DNA from: Cyanobacteria bacterium auto_48_18
Lineage (GTDB): Bacteria > Cyanobacteriota > Vampirovibrionia > Obscuribacterales > Obscuribacteraceae
Length of the DNA: 64,000 bases
Assembly: GCA_036170915.1 (NCBI GenBank)
Contig: JAVHQC010000030.1
Coordinates: forward strand, 1 to 64,000
Direction: 5' to 3'
Shown piece by piece: positions 36,522 to 47,817 of this stretch (position 1 is its first letter; every line of letters begins with the position of its first letter). The position numbers and the translations under genes are program-made. Below the pieces are notes generated by a model that saw nothing but the letters and a program-made list of their open reading frames with translations, made no database searches and was not told the origin of the DNA.

Positions 36522-38987
36522 TTATTGTCCTGAATTAGCCCCATGAGTGGCAATGGCACTAGCACCAGTGGCAGTGCGCGCTCTTTGTGCGGCGTAAGAG
36601 AGAATCGCTTCCACCTGACTCAAATAATTGGCGATATATTGAGCACGGAAACCACGCTGAATGAAAGCCTCGAGCCTGAGCCACTCTTTAACGGTTGAGT
36701 GCAGGGCAGTAACGTCTTTTAAGACACTATCAATTTCATCTGGTTTCGGATTTGACGGCAGGCCGTGCAATGCTTTTTGAACGGCATCAAGTTGATTGAC
36801 CACATCATTGGTGCTGGCGGTATCAGACATGATGCGTTTTTTGGGATCTTGCAAATAGCGATTTACCATGGTGGAAAAATCATCGAACAAAATGCGACTG
36901 GCTTTAACCGGATCAGCCTGTGGAGTCATCACCGTAGGCCGTCTATATGGGCCAACCTTGAGCATGTTGACCTTTTTGTCGTCCAGGTGAGCTACGGCAA
37001 ACATGGTGGTGCCGAGGGTACCAATCATACGAGAGGTATCAAGCTGCTCCACTAATCCGGCAGTGTCTAGTTGTCTAATTGACAAACCAGGATAGGAGAG
37101 CGCTTTGTCGGCGGTGGATTCTTTGACGAAACCGGCGGCGTCATTGAGTTCTTTGGCGGTGCCGACATAAGTCATCGGGTTGAGAGTATCAACCCAGCCG
37201 TTGGCCACCCAGACTTCCCATTCCTGCTGAATAGCATTCATGCGCATGCGTTTAGGCATGCCGTAAACAGCTGCTGATATGCGAATGCCTGGTTTTGCCG
37301 CGCGCAATTCTTCAGAAATTTCTTTGACGAAACTGCTGATGATATTGGCTTTCCAATGTATCCACATGGTTCTGGTTTCTTCGTCCATGCGATCGAGCGA
37401 CATGCCGGTTTCGCGCTCAAACTTCTGCCTGGAGAGCCAGTTAAAGCCTAGCTCAGAACCTTTATTGTTAAACGGATAACGAATGTAATCTAGTTGAATA
37501 CCATCAACGGGATAACGATTAACCACCTCTGATACCAGTTTTTTCACATAGTTGCGGCATTCAGGGTTGGACGGATCAATCCAGTATTCAAATTGTCTTG
37601 GGGGCAGAAGTGAGCCTGTCTGAGTCGCCAGTGCCCAGGCAAAATCGTGAGACGACAAAACCGGACCAGGATAGTCTGCTTCTTTGCCCACAATAGGATT
37701 ATGCTTGGCATTGCCTACGCTAAATGTCCAGAACCAGGCATGAAATTCCATGCCTCTCTTTTTAGCTTCAGAGAGAGCAGAACCCAACGGATCCCAGCCA
37801 CTGGTCTCAGGATTCTGCGTTGCCATTTTTGAGGGATACATGGTGAAGCCGGCATTATTGGTTTCGAAGTAAACCACATTGATACCGGCAGTTTTCAATT
37901 TATCGAATAGTTGAGACATACCTTTGGCACCACGGGTGGCGACAATGGTTCCTCTATCAAGCCAGACCGAACGCGCTTCCACAGGCCGAACCGGCATTGA
38001 TTGAGCGAAAGCCATGGCAAATTCCTGCCGGGCCTTCTGCAAATTTTCATCGGCTTCTAAAAATTTGCGATCGCTGTAAGCTTGTTGAAAAGCTTTGACG
38101 TGCGCAGTGGCGGCATCATAATCGCTTTGAATGGTTTTAAGCGGCACTGAAAATTCCGCTTGCTTAGCGGTTTTCATCGCTTCTTCAGTACGCTTGGCTA
38201 GATAATAAAGCTCGGCTGAAATAGTTTGATAATCAGCAAAGCTTATTTGCACTGCTGCTGCTTGAGTGATACCAGGCGACAACTCGTCTAAGGCCTGCGA
38301 AATTAGAGTGGCATTGCTTGAAACTTCGCCTTGCACCCCTGGTGCCCAACCCATAAAAATGACATTGCCGGCGCGAGCAATACCAACACCTTGCGTCTGC
38401 CCACCGGCGTCTTGCCACGAAGCAATGCTGGTACCGTTTGGTGAAAGAGCCAATTGCGAAACCACCGTAGCAATAGCAAATTCGGCAGTCACAGGATTAA
38501 GATTGGCAGAACGCCAGACCAACTTATTTACTTCTTTCAACGTCGCTTGCTTCGACGAGGCCACACCGGCCAGCGCCGAAAGAGAAACTGCACCAGCACC
38601 AGGCACACCAGCCCCATCAGTAATTAGAAGCTTACCGCCGCCGCGAGCAAAGTCAGTCAGGGCCGCAACTTCGGCAGCAGGCAAATCGACAAGTAGTGGC
38701 ACCACAATCACTTTGAAGCCAGATAGTTTTGCTACACCAGCATCAACATCGCTGTCACTCAATTCGTCAAATCGCACATTGGCACCATCAAGCGCCTTTT
38801 TGAAAATCTTGTAGTCTTCATCATAGGTGCCGATATGCTGATCTTGATAAACGGCACCATTACGTGCGCTTTTGAGCACCGCTACAGGAGACGCCGCCCA
38901 GGCCGGCACCATTGAGGTCAGTTGAATCAAAAACTGTAAGAAAGCCAGTGCCAACCAGGAGAGAGTCACAGTTTTCGATCTTGCCAT
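36522..38987 (-). CDS. GHL10 (DUF187)-type glycoside hydrolase-like protein
   Basis: Signal peptide, EARSVWLDRG, GINVVYFE, WDPL, HAWFW, YPVDGIQLDYIRYP. Confidence 0.85.
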   Translation of the reverse strand: MARSKTVTLSWLALAFLQFLIQLTSMVPAWAASPVAVLKSARNGAVYQDQHIGTYDEDYKIFKKALDGANVRFDELSDSDVDAGVAKLSGFKVIVVPLLVDLPAAEVAALTDFARGGGKLLITDGAGVPGAGAVSLSALAGVASSKQATLKEVNKLVWRSANLNPVTAEFAIATVVSQLALSPNGTSIASWQDAGGQTQGVGIARAGNVIFMGWAPGVQGEVSSNATLISQALDELSPGITQAAAVQISFADYQTISAELYYLAKRTEEAMKTAKQAEFSVPLKTIQSDYDAATAHVKAFQQAYSDRKFLEADENLQKARQEFAMAFAQSMPVRPVEARSVWLDRGTIVATRGAKGMSQLFDKLKTAGINVVYFETNNAGFTMYPSKMATQNPETSGWDPLGSALSEAKKRGMEFHAWFWTFSVGNAKHNPIVGKEADYPGPVLSSHDFAWALATQTGSLLPPRQFEYWIDPSNPECRNYVKKLVSEVVNRYPVDGIQLDYIRYPFNNKGSELGFNWLSRQKFERETGMSLDRMDEETRTMWIHWKANIISSFVKEISEELRAAKPGIRISAAVYGMPKRMRMNAIQQEWEVWVANGWVDTLNPMTYVGTAKELNDAAGFVKESTADKALSYPGLSIRQLDTAGLVEQLDTSRMIGTLGTTMFAVAHLDDKKVNMLKVGPYRRPTVMTPQADPVKASRILFDDFSTMVNRYLQDPKKRIMSDTASTNDVVNQLDAVQKALHGLPSNPKPDEIDSVLKDVTALHSTVKEWLRLEAFIQRGFRAQYIANYLSQVEAILSYAAQRARTATGASAIATHGANSGQ

Positions 38988-39081
38988 TGTGCTTCGCGGT
39001 CCTCAGAATTGAATGTTTAATCAGTGGTAGTAGTAGTAACAGTATTAATAGTAGTGAAAATTTTGATTTGAAAAAAAATAG

Positions 39082-39624
39082 TTAGTTGCTGTTATTGCGT
39101 GCTTTGGTCAATCGATCGAGATCCCGTTTAGTTTCTTTTTTAGCTATATTTTCTCGTTTGTCGTACAGCTTGCGTCCCTTAGCCAGTGCGAGATCTACCT
39201 TAACCAAATGACCTTTGAAATATAGTTTGAGCGGAATCAATGCCAGCCCTTTTTCTTGCATGTTTGATTTCAATTTGAGAATTTGTTTTTTATGCACCAG
39301 TAGTCGGCGCTTGCGCAGGGGCTCATGATTAAAGCGATTGCCAAAATCGTAAGGTGATATATGACAGTTATATAGGTAGAGATCGCCGTCTTCTACCTTA
39401 ACGAAAGCGTCGGCTAAATTAGCCTTGCCGGCTCGAATCGATTTGACTTCGGTGCCGACTAAGCTGATTCCGGCTTCGAGTGTGTCGATGATTTCGTAAT
39501 CGTGCCGCGCACGACGATTGTCGGCCACTGTTTTGAAAAATGGCTTATCGTCTTTTTTGTCTGCTTTTTTAGCTGTCTGCTTATTTGGCTGAGCAGATTT
39601 GGTGGGCTTATTGAGATTGGTCAT
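39082..39624 (-). CDS. smpB: SsrA-binding protein
   Basis: NRRARHDY, EAGISLVGTEVKSIR, RKRRLLVHK, GRKLYDKR. Confidence 0.97.
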   Translation of the reverse strand: MTNLNKPTKSAQPNKQTAKKADKKDDKPFFKTVADNRRARHDYEIIDTLEAGISLVGTEVKSIRAGKANLADAFVKVEDGDLYLYNCHISPYDFGNRFNHEPLRKRRLLVHKKQILKLKSNMQEKGLALIPLKLYFKGHLVKVDLALAKGRKLYDKRENIAKKETKRDLDRLTKARNNSN

Positions 39625-39788
39625 GGTGAGTAAGAGAAGTTTGCACGGCTCAGTATAGCCCGCGGCGCCTCAACATATCTAGTCAGACGGCACCACCACA
39701 CGATTCTAGAAGTCAGAGGGAAGCCAGCGCCGCAGGCCGCTTGGCAAGCGTGGTATCATCTTTAGTGAAGTCAGATTAACTAAGCCCC

Positions 39789-40883
39789 ATGATCAAAATT
39801 CAACCGCTATTTGCCACAGAATCGACTCAGGTACGCGCTCTCTTGCGCTACCAGGACGAACCTGTGCCATATGAGAGTTTTTGCGCCGAAGACCGCTATC
39901 TAATTACTGGTCTGACTTTCTGGCAGCACTGGCTGCCATGCCACTGGCATATTTCCCCATCTGTTTATGTAGCTAAAGAAGACGGTCTGGTGCTGGGAAT
40001 GATTTCGCTGCATCCCATTGGCAAATCGAAAAATTGCTGGCAGGTAGATCATCTGGTGGTGCATCCCAATCACCGCGGCCGCGGAATTGCCCAAGAGCTT
40101 TTGCGTTTTGCCTTCGCCTTGTTCGGCAGTCAGGGCATCAGTCATTTCGTAGCAGAAGCTTCCGATCAAAATTCAGGTGCGCTCAATCTTCTGGCTAGTT
40201 GCGGCTTCAGACGTTCTGCCCGCATTACCCACTATCAGGTGCCTTCAGATCTAAAGAGCGCCGACGATGACAGTATCGACAGCCTCGGCTCATCTGGCAC
40301 TTTCCGCCTGGCTGAACCAGAAGATCAAACCAGCCTCTATCAATTGCATCAAGACGTACTGCCTGCCGACATCAGATTGACATTTCAGTATGTGCCGGAA
40401 GATTTTTACATTTTCCCTTTAAAGGTTGAGAGTTTAGACAAACTGGCCAGAAGGCTAATAAGGCGTAAAAGTTGGTTTTGGGTTTCCTGTGATCCCGAGC
40501 GTAAAGTGATTACTTCATCGTGTAGGGTCACTGCTCACCGCGAAGGCGACTATCACCTGGAATTTGCTGTGCATCCAGGCTGGTCGCACACATCTAAAGA
40601 TCTGGTCAATTTCGTTCTGTCGATTATGCGCCGGGCCGGCATGAAGGGCATGGTGATTGCCAAAGCCTATGACTACCAGACTTCTGTGATTGAGGCTTTA
40701 GAAGAAGCAGGGCTGGAGCGGGCCGGACACTTCTCACTTTTAACGCGAGACCACTGGCTACGGGCTAAGACACCAGCTAAGAGACTTACTCTCGAGCGCA
40801 CGGTCAGTTTGAATCCGCTAGGCGGCAAACCGGCTATTAATCTGCCCATGGGCACTTTTGAGGCGCCCACCCTTAATAACTAG
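39789..40883 (+). CDS. GNAT-family acetyltransferase (two-domain)
   Basis: LVVHPNHRGRGIAQELL motif A, CGF. Confidence 0.82.
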   Translation: MIKIQPLFATESTQVRALLRYQDEPVPYESFCAEDRYLITGLTFWQHWLPCHWHISPSVYVAKEDGLVLGMISLHPIGKSKNCWQVDHLVVHPNHRGRGIAQELLRFAFALFGSQGISHFVAEASDQNSGALNLLASCGFRRSARITHYQVPSDLKSADDDSIDSLGSSGTFRLAEPEDQTSLYQLHQDVLPADIRLTFQYVPEDFYIFPLKVESLDKLARRLIRRKSWFWVSCDPERKVITSSCRVTAHREGDYHLEFAVHPGWSHTSKDLVNFVLSIMRRAGMKGMVIAKAYDYQTSVIEALEEAGLERAGHFSLLTRDHWLRAKTPAKRLTLERTVSLNPLGGKPAINLPMGTFEAPTLNN

Positions 40884-41140
40884 AAAAAACTTCCACAGCC
40901 GACTGTGGGGCGATGGCAGCTAGTTGTTATATGCGCTTAAGCTTTTGCGCCATTTTTCCCCTGATTTGTCTAAGAATTCGATCATTTGGCATTTGCTTTG
41001 TAAAGGATTTACGAAAGTCTTCAGTATCAGCCCTGCTCATCTGATAATCTGAAAACTTGCCGATACTTATGGCTGAGGGAAGCTTGCTTGCCCATGTCAT
41101 GTTGTCGGGTAATTTAGTCGTAGTTCTTAGGAGTGCAGTG

Positions 41141-41548
41141 GTGCCTACCATCAATCAGTTGATCAGACGCGAAAGAAGCAAGGTGACTTACAAAACCAAG
41201 TCTCCAGCGCTCAAATCTTGCCCTCAGAGAAGGGGCGTTTGCACCCAGGTGAAGACCACTACACCTAAAAAGCCAAACTCGGCTCTGCGCAAAATCGCCA
41301 GAGTACGTTTGACGAACGGCATTGAAATCACCGCCTACATTCCAGGCGTTGGCCACAACCTTCAAGAGCACTCAGTTGTGCTTGTTAGAGGCGGCCGGGT
41401 GAAGGATCTTCCAGGCGTTCGCTATCACATCGTCAGAGGCGCCCTCGACACAGCCGGCGTTAAAGACCGCAAGCAGAGCCGCTCTAAGTACGGCGCTAAG
41501 CGTCCTAAGCCAGGCGCTCCAGCAGCAGCTGCCGGTAAGAAAAAGTAA
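41141..41548 (+). CDS. rpsL: 30S ribosomal protein S12
   Basis: [42 protein letters not shown] start. Confidence 0.98.
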   Translation: MPTINQLIRRERSKVTYKTKSPALKSCPQRRGVCTQVKTTTPKKPNSALRKIARVRLTNGIEITAYIPGVGHNLQEHSVVLVRGGRVKDLPGVRYHIVRGALDTAGVKDRKQSRSKYGAKRPKPGAPAAAAGKKK

Positions 41549-41576
41549 TCGCTTCTAATACATAGGAAAGTTAAGA

Positions 41577-42047
41577 ATGTCTCGCAGAAAGCAAGCAGAT
41601 AAAAGAATCACCGTAGCTGATCCTGTTTTCAACAGTCAGCAGGTTTCTCGCTTCGTCAACAGAATGATGCAACGCGGCAAGCGTAGTACCGCTCAGAGTC
41701 TCTTCTACGATGCTCTTCAAATTCTCAAAGATCGCACTAAGCAAGAGCCTCTTGATGTTTTCAACAAAGCCGTTAAGAACGTCACTCCATTAGTTGAAGT
41801 AAAAGCTCGTCGCGTAGGCGGCTCTACTTATCAGGTTCCTGTTGAAGTGAAGTCTTCTCGTGGTTTCGCTTTAGCCTCACAATGGCTGATTGCTAACAGC
41901 CGCAAGCGTCCAGGTCGTACATTTGCAGAGCGTTTGTCTGCTGAACTGGTTGATGCCAGCAACGGCACCGGCGCATCAGTGAAGAAACGGGATGAGACAC
42001 ACAAAATGGCTGAAGCCAACAAAGCTTTCGCTCATTACCGCTACTAA
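41577..42047 (+). CDS. rpsG: 30S ribosomal protein S7
   Basis: RRVGGSTYQVPVEV, HKMAEANKAFAHYR. Confidence 0.98.
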   Translation: MSRRKQADKRITVADPVFNSQQVSRFVNRMMQRGKRSTAQSLFYDALQILKDRTKQEPLDVFNKAVKNVTPLVEVKARRVGGSTYQVPVEVKSSRGFALASQWLIANSRKRPGRTFAERLSAELVDASNGTGASVKKRDETHKMAEANKAFAHYRY

Positions 42048-42088
42048 TTTTATTCAAAACCACTGTCGGTCGCAGTCTTATTGAATCG

Positions 42089-42122
42089 AAAACGCTTCGA
42101 CTTTCTCGGTCGAGGCGTTTTT
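42089..42122 (+). terminator. Terminator-like hairpin between rpsG and fusA
   Basis: AAAACGCTTCGAC-tttctcg-GTCGAGGCGTTTTT. Confidence 0.75.
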
Positions 42123-42365
42123 ATTCAGAGTGCTGAACCGTTAACGGTTGAGTGAAAAAGTAAAGTTTGTAACGAATGCACAGGCAATTCTGAAGATCTT
42201 TATGAAGGATATAAAGATGGCCGGACATCAGGTGGTAACCTAAATTTGGTCTTTCCAAGCAGTGGGCAGCGCTGATCGTCCACCATTTAAATAGAGAAAG
42301 ATTGTCAACACCATCAATTGAGCAGCGCAAGAAAGTACCCAGCTAGTTATATTTGGAAGGTTCAA

Positions 42366-44507
42366 ATGGATAGCGTTAAAGAAAGGAAGACAGGGCCCGT
42401 GGCAGGAAGACAAATTCAGCTTCAAGACGTCCGTAATATGGGTATTGCCGCTCACATCGATGCCGGTAAAACCACCACAACAGAACGGATTCTGTTTTAT
42501 TCCGGCTTGATCCACAGAATGGGTGAAGTGCATGAAGGCACATCATTCACCGACTGGATGGAACAAGAAAAAGAACGCGGCATCACCATTACCGCAGCTG
42601 CCATCACTTCACAGTGGAGAGGCAAGCGCATCAACTTAATCGACACCCCTGGACACGTTGACTTCACCGTTGAAGTTGAACGCTCCATGCGCGTGCTAGA
42701 CGGCGTTGTAATCGTGCTCTGCGCCGTTGGTGGCGTACAGCCCCAGACCAACACCGTTTGGAAGCAAGCTAACCGTTATGAAGTGCCCAGAATGATTCTG
42801 GTCAACAAAATGGATCGCACCGGCGCTGACTTCTACAAAGTGGTCAAACAAATCAAAGAACAGCTTCCCGGCATGTCTACCACCTGGGCCAATGCTCACC
42901 CAATTCAATTGCCAATCGGCGCTGAAGGCGAGTTCAAGGGCTTGGTTGACCTGGTCGAAATGAAAGCTCACATCTACGACGAAAAAGATCCTATGGGTCA
43001 GAAATTCAACATCGTCGACATTCCAGCCGACATGATGGAAGACGCTCAGAAATATCGCAAATGGCTCGAAGAGTCAGTTGTGGAAACTGACGACGCCCTG
43101 ATGGAAATCTACATGGAAACAGAAACTGTTGAAAACGAAGCTTTCAAAGTAGCTTTGCGCAAAGCAGTTTGCAACAACAAAGTTATTCCGATTCTTTGTG
43201 GTTCAGCTTTCAAAAACAAAGGCGTACAACAATTGCTCGACGCTGTTGTTGATTTGCTTCCTTCACCAGCTGACGTTTCTGCTATCAAAGGCACATTGCC
43301 TGACGGTACTGAAACCGAACGCGCTCCTGATGATGCCGCACCATTTTCAGCTCTGGCCTTCAAAGTGATGAACGATCCTTTCGTCGGCAAACTGACCTTC
43401 TTGCGCATCTATTCAGGCAAGCTCGCAGCAGGCTCTTATGTTCTTAATTCCACAAAAGGAAAAAGAGAGCGCATCAGCCGTCTGGTTCAATTGCAAGCAG
43501 ACAACCGCACAGACGTTGATGAAGCCTTTGCCGGCGACATTATTGCCGCTGTTGGCTTGAAAGACACCACCACTGGTGACACTCTTTCTGCTGAAAATTC
43601 TCCTGTAATTTTGGAATCAATGAACTTCCCAGATCCAGTGATCTCGGTTGCTATCGAACCAAAAACCAAAGGCGACTCCGACAAACTTGGTGTCTCGCTT
43701 GGCCGTTTGGCAGAAGAAGATCCAACCTTCAAAGTGCGTGTTGACCACGAAACTGGCCAGACAATCATTGCTGGTATGGGCGAACTGCACTTAGAAATCA
43801 TCGTTGACCGTCTGCTTCGTGAATTCAAAGTTGAAGCCAACGTTGGTAAGCCACAAGTGGCCTACCGCGAAACCATCAAGAAAAACGTCAAGTGCGAAGG
43901 CAAATTCATCCGTCAGTCTGGCGGTCGTGGTCAATATGGTCACGTAGTCTTCGAACTCGAACCTCTTGCTGCCGGCACCGGATTTGAATTCGTCAACAAG
44001 ATCGTTGGTGGTGTAGTTCCAAAAGAATACATTCCAGCAATTGAAGCTGGCGTAAGAGATACTCTGGTTGGTGGTGTACTGGCCGGTTACCCTGTAATCG
44101 ACGTTAAGTGCATTCTGGTCTTCGGTTCGTATCACGAAGTTGACTCGAACGAAATGGCCTTTAAGACTGCTGCTAGTATCGGCTTCAAAGAAGGCTTTAT
44201 GAAAGCCAATCCAATTCTGCAAGAGCCGATCATGAAAGTTGAAGTTGAAGTGCCTGAAGAATTCATGGGCGACGTAATTGGTGACATTTCATCGAGACGT
44301 GGCCGCATTGAAGGCATGGACACCATCGAATCACTATCAAAAGTGAAATCATCGGTGCCACTGTCTGAAATGTTTGGTTATGCTACCGACATCCGCAACA
44401 AAACCCGCGGACAAGGTACATTCACCATGGAATTCGCTCACTACGAAGAAGTGCCGAATGCTATTGCTGAAGCAGTAATCTCAACTAAGAAAGACGTTCG
44501 CCACTAA
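42366..44507 (+). CDS. fusA: Elongation factor G
   Basis: [43 protein letters not shown]. Start ATG 42366 (GTG 42399 possible). Confidence 0.97.
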   Translation: MDSVKERKTGPVAGRQIQLQDVRNMGIAAHIDAGKTTTTERILFYSGLIHRMGEVHEGTSFTDWMEQEKERGITITAAAITSQWRGKRINLIDTPGHVDFTVEVERSMRVLDGVVIVLCAVGGVQPQTNTVWKQANRYEVPRMILVNKMDRTGADFYKVVKQIKEQLPGMSTTWANAHPIQLPIGAEGEFKGLVDLVEMKAHIYDEKDPMGQKFNIVDIPADMMEDAQKYRKWLEESVVETDDALMEIYMETETVENEAFKVALRKAVCNNKVIPILCGSAFKNKGVQQLLDAVVDLLPSPADVSAIKGTLPDGTETERAPDDAAPFSALAFKVMNDPFVGKLTFLRIYSGKLAAGSYVLNSTKGKRERISRLVQLQADNRTDVDEAFAGDIIAAVGLKDTTTGDTLSAENSPVILESMNFPDPVISVAIEPKTKGDSDKLGVSLGRLAEEDPTFKVRVDHETGQTIIAGMGELHLEIIVDRLLREFKVEANVGKPQVAYRETIKKNVKCEGKFIRQSGGRGQYGHVVFELEPLAAGTGFEFVNKIVGGVVPKEYIPAIEAGVRDTLVGGVLAGYPVIDVKCILVFGSYHEVDSNEMAFKTAASIGFKEGFMKANPILQEPIMKVEVEVPEEFMGDVIGDISSRRGRIEGMDTIESLSKVKSSVPLSEMFGYATDIRNKTRGQGTFTMEFAHYEEVPNAIAEAVISTKKDVRH

Positions 44508-44534
44508 ATTTGATTTAGTTAGTTCGACTTTAGA

Positions 44535-44568
44535 GCGGCCCCTGGGAAACCGGGGGCTGTCTTTTTTT
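44535..44568 (+). terminator. Rho-independent terminator after fusA
   Basis: GCGGCCCCTGG-gaaa-CCGGGGGCTGT then C and T7. Confidence 0.85.
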
Positions 44569-44700
44569 GAGGTGTCGAAATCGCAGAGAAATTTATGCAA
44601 AATTTCTCTATAAGATTAAAAAGGCATCTCTTCTAGAAAAGCGGTAAAATTCTCACAGTCTTGATTCCGCACCGCTTTGAAAGCCGCAAGGAGTTTCTCA

Positions 44701-45114
44701 ATGAAGTATCTGCACAGCGGGTACATCCTTTTCTGCCAGGGCGCAGACTATGAAGAAGACGGCCGAGTAGATGCACGCGGCCTGTTCGACCTTTTTGTTC
44801 TCAAAGAAGTGCCGAGCAAAATGAACTGCACCTGCGTTATCGGTTTCGGCACTCCTTATGAACGTCGACAATATAAAGGCATCGTCACCATTGAAGATCC
44901 TGATGGCAACGTCGTGCTCACCAAAGACTTCAACGCCAACGACCCGGGCGATATTTTCAAAGGTCATTACATCTTCCAGCCAGACGTCTCCCTGACAAAA
45001 GAAGGGGCGTGGTCTGCCAAAGTTTCATTGCTCAACTGGAAAGATGACACCATGTGGGACTGCGAGCGCAAATTCTTCGCCATGCTCGAAGGCGACGCAC
45101 CACCAGACCCGTAA
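44701..45114 (+). CDS. Hypothetical beta-rich protein
   Basis: AAGGAG RBS, ATG 44701, clean ORF. Confidence 0.7.
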   Translation: MKYLHSGYILFCQGADYEEDGRVDARGLFDLFVLKEVPSKMNCTCVIGFGTPYERRQYKGIVTIEDPDGNVVLTKDFNANDPGDIFKGHYIFQPDVSLTKEGAWSAKVSLLNWKDDTMWDCERKFFAMLEGDAPPDP

Positions 45115-45137
45115 GCTATTTTAGATCTGAAGGCAAA

Positions 45138-46397
45138 TTAGCAAAAATCGAGATTTTCGAAGTTCTTGCCCAGCACTTCGCGACTGTCAGCACCTAGCCA
45201 GCGGTCGACAATGGTGGCATATACGGTGCGGAAGTCGACAGTGTGTTTAAGATCGCCATGATCAAGATTGGTCAGCGATGGATATTCACCATAAAGCCCG
45301 CCCTTCACCCCTGTGCCTAGAACAAGACAGGGAGCCGCTGTACCGTGGTCAGTACCGCCGCCGTCATTCTCTGCAACTCGACGGCCAAACTCAGAAAAAA
45401 TTAGCACCAGCACTTTGTCATCACAGCCGTTCTGTTTAAGGTCTTCATGGAAGGCTCTGAGAGATTTGCCAAGGCCGTTCAACAAGTTAGTCTGAGTGCG
45501 CAATTCACCGGCATGAGTGTCAAAGCCGTCGTAACCAAGCGTATAAACTTTCGCGCCGATGCCACCACTTACCATTTGAGCGATAAACTTCAAACTCGAG
45601 CCTAATTTGCCGTCTGGATATTTAGCAGTTGTCTTATGATCTTTGACCAGATCAAACAGTTTCTCAGAAGCGCGATTGGCTTCTATGCCGCTTTTACGCA
45701 GCTTGCTAACAATAGGTCGACGATCTTCAAAGTCGTTGTAAATATCACCGAAGGCCTGCAACTGCAGAGCCCTATCTGCCTTGTAGAGCGGATCAACTTT
45801 AAATCTAAACGCCTGCACATCAGAAACGGAAGGCACTGTTATTTTGCGGGCAAGCAGCGATTTGGGCAAAAGCGGATCGACATTGACTGCCAACATACTG
45901 GCATTGGCAGGCGGCGCAGAGAGGCTTAGATGATCTAAATAGCGACCCAACCAACCGGTATCGCCGATGATATCAGGTTGAGCTGTTTGCCAAATTTCTA
46001 TTGAGCGAAAGTGCGAGCGGTTTGGTTCTGGATAGCCGACTCCTTGAATAACTGCGAGCTGCTGATCTTTATAAAACTGAGCAAACTCGCCAAGTGCAGG
46101 ATGAAAGCCAACATCAGAGTTAATTGGTAAGACATCAGTTTGCTTGATGGCAATCTTAGGCCGAGCATCATAATAAGCACCATTGCCATAAGGAATTATG
46201 GAGTTGATGCCGTCGTTTCCGCCGTTCAATTGAATTACTAAAATCGATCTTCCGGATAGTTTGGCCGCAACGGCAGGATCGATATTGGCGGCCACTCCAT
46301 CTAGCTGATAGCGTCCAAGCAAACCGAGAGCTGCCAGGCCGGCGAGAAAATCGCGACGACTGACGGAAGTTTTGCTGCTGTTCTCTTGCTTAGCCAT
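45138..46397 (-). CDS. DUF1501 protein (Tat signal)
   Basis: SRRDFL, LNGGNDG, PNRSHFRS, GFDTH, SEFGRR, GTDHG. Confidence 0.92.
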   Translation of the reverse strand: MAKQENSSKTSVSRRDFLAGLAALGLLGRYQLDGVAANIDPAVAAKLSGRSILVIQLNGGNDGINSIIPYGNGAYYDARPKIAIKQTDVLPINSDVGFHPALGEFAQFYKDQQLAVIQGVGYPEPNRSHFRSIEIWQTAQPDIIGDTGWLGRYLDHLSLSAPPANASMLAVNVDPLLPKSLLARKITVPSVSDVQAFRFKVDPLYKADRALQLQAFGDIYNDFEDRRPIVSKLRKSGIEANRASEKLFDLVKDHKTTAKYPDGKLGSSLKFIAQMVSGGIGAKVYTLGYDGFDTHAGELRTQTNLLNGLGKSLRAFHEDLKQNGCDDKVLVLIFSEFGRRVAENDGGGTDHGTAAPCLVLGTGVKGGLYGEYPSLTNLDHGDLKHTVDFRTVYATIVDRWLGADSREVLGKNFENLDFC

Positions 46398-46422
46398 TTC
46401 GCCTCAAAGGTCTTTATTTATA

Positions 46423-47817
46423 CTAGTTTAACTGATATGTAGGTAAGGTCATAATCAAATGTATAAGGCCACGCAGCCTGGCGTCTAAAACCTTGCCCGT
46501 AGGCAAACCGGTCAATTGCTTGCCGTCCATATCTGTAGACAAATACTCGATTAAACGCCTCCGAGCGGAAGGCGGCGCGTCGCCATCAACTAACAAACTG
46601 AGAAAATAATCTACTGTTTCGTCGGCAGTAGTTAAGCCTTGAGCTGCAGCGATGTCAGCTGGCGACGAATACTTTTCTAGATAATCAAACTTTTGCGAAA
46701 TTATGCGAGCGGCAAAATTAAAACGTTCCATCATTGTGTCTGAGGCAATCCAGTTGTGGCCGCCGTCCCAACCTTTCACAGATGGCGGATTGAATAGATT
46801 TTGCCCCATGGCCGCCATCAGTCGTGGCACTTCCGCATCAACTTTAAATATCTGAAAAGTCTTGAGCATGCCAACTACATATTCGCATGGGCTCTTGATC
46901 AATGAGTGATAACACTGCTCAGAGGTAAATATGGGCGAAGAAAAAATCGCTTTTAGCATAGCACCGATATTATGATCGCTGCTGTGATACACAGCTGCAA
47001 TGTCATCGACAAAAGATTTAGGCGGATTTTCCATGGCGAAAAAGTGCAAAAGTTTGCGCGCAAGATATCGACCTGTTGCTTTTTCATTGGCGAGAATGGT
47101 GACAATATCGCTGCCATCAAAATTACCGCTCTGGCCGAGAAATGTTTTCATTCCACTATCATGCTGACCGGTGTTAAAGTAGAAGCCATCAGGTTTTGCT
47201 TGCCAGCCGGTAAAGGCGCGGGCACCCTCTTTGATGTCTTGTTCAGAATAATTGCCTATGCCCATGGTGAATAGTTCCATCACTTCTCGCGCATAATTTT
47301 CATTTGGTCTTTTCTTGCGATTCTGTTGATTATCGAGCCACGTAATCATGGCCGGATCTTTCGACATGGCAAGAAGCAAATCATCGAAGCGGCCGAAAGC
47401 AAGTTTGCGCATGGTGCAATTTTGCACATACATGGCGTAAGAGTTGCGCACTTTATAGTCAGCGGTGGCGAAGTGTCCATGCCAGAAAAGCGTCATCTTT
47501 TCTTCAAGCGGGCGGGCCGTAAACATCATGCGAAAAAGCCACCAGCGTTTGATATCGTCTGGATTGGTGAAATCAAAAGATTGCTCAGCCAGCATTTTAT
47601 CAAGGGCGCTATTGCTAACAGCCGATGGGGTTGTTAGTTTTTCCAAAGCGTCGTGATAGCTCATCTCCGTATATGGTGCCAATTCTTCGGGTGTGAATCC
47701 AAAACCGGCACGCCCCATCAAATGCCTGAGATCTTTGTGCCAGCGCTTGCTTTTGGCTCCACCAACCGACTTAGAACCAGTTTTGCGTTTACTCTGCATA
47801 GGCTGGAACCTTGCCAC
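46423..47817 (-). CDS. DUF1800 protein
   Basis: EKMTLFWHGHFAT, PNENYAREVMELFTMG, PPSVKGW, PTYQL. Confidence 0.92.
   Translation of the reverse strand: MARFQPMQSKRKTGSKSVGGAKSKRWHKDLRHLMGRAGFGFTPEELAPYTEMSYHDALEKLTTPSAVSNSALDKMLAEQSFDFTNPDDIKRWWLFRMMFTARPLEEKMTLFWHGHFATADYKVRNSYAMYVQNCTMRKLAFGRFDDLLLAMSKDPAMITWLDNQQNRKKRPNENYAREVMELFTMGIGNYSEQDIKEGARAFTGWQAKPDGFYFNTGQHDSGMKTFLGQSGNFDGSDIVTILANEKATGRYLARKLLHFFAMENPPKSFVDDIAAVYHSSDHNIGAMLKAIFSSPIFTSEQCYHSLIKSPCEYVVGMLKTFQIFKVDAEVPRLMAAMGQNLFNPPSVKGWDGGHNWIASDTMMERFNFAARIISQKFDYLEKYSSPADIAAAQGLTTADETVDYFLSLLVDGDAPPSARRRLIEYLSTDMDGKQLTGLPTGKVLDARLRGLIHLIMTLPTYQLN

Noticed and set aside
38988..39788. tmRNA beside smpB
   Set aside because: The flanking gaps are too short (under 170 bp) and lack tRNA-like ends.
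41141..41548. Streptomycin-resistance rpsL allele
   Set aside because: Both diagnostic lysines are wild type (PKKPNS, RVKDLP).
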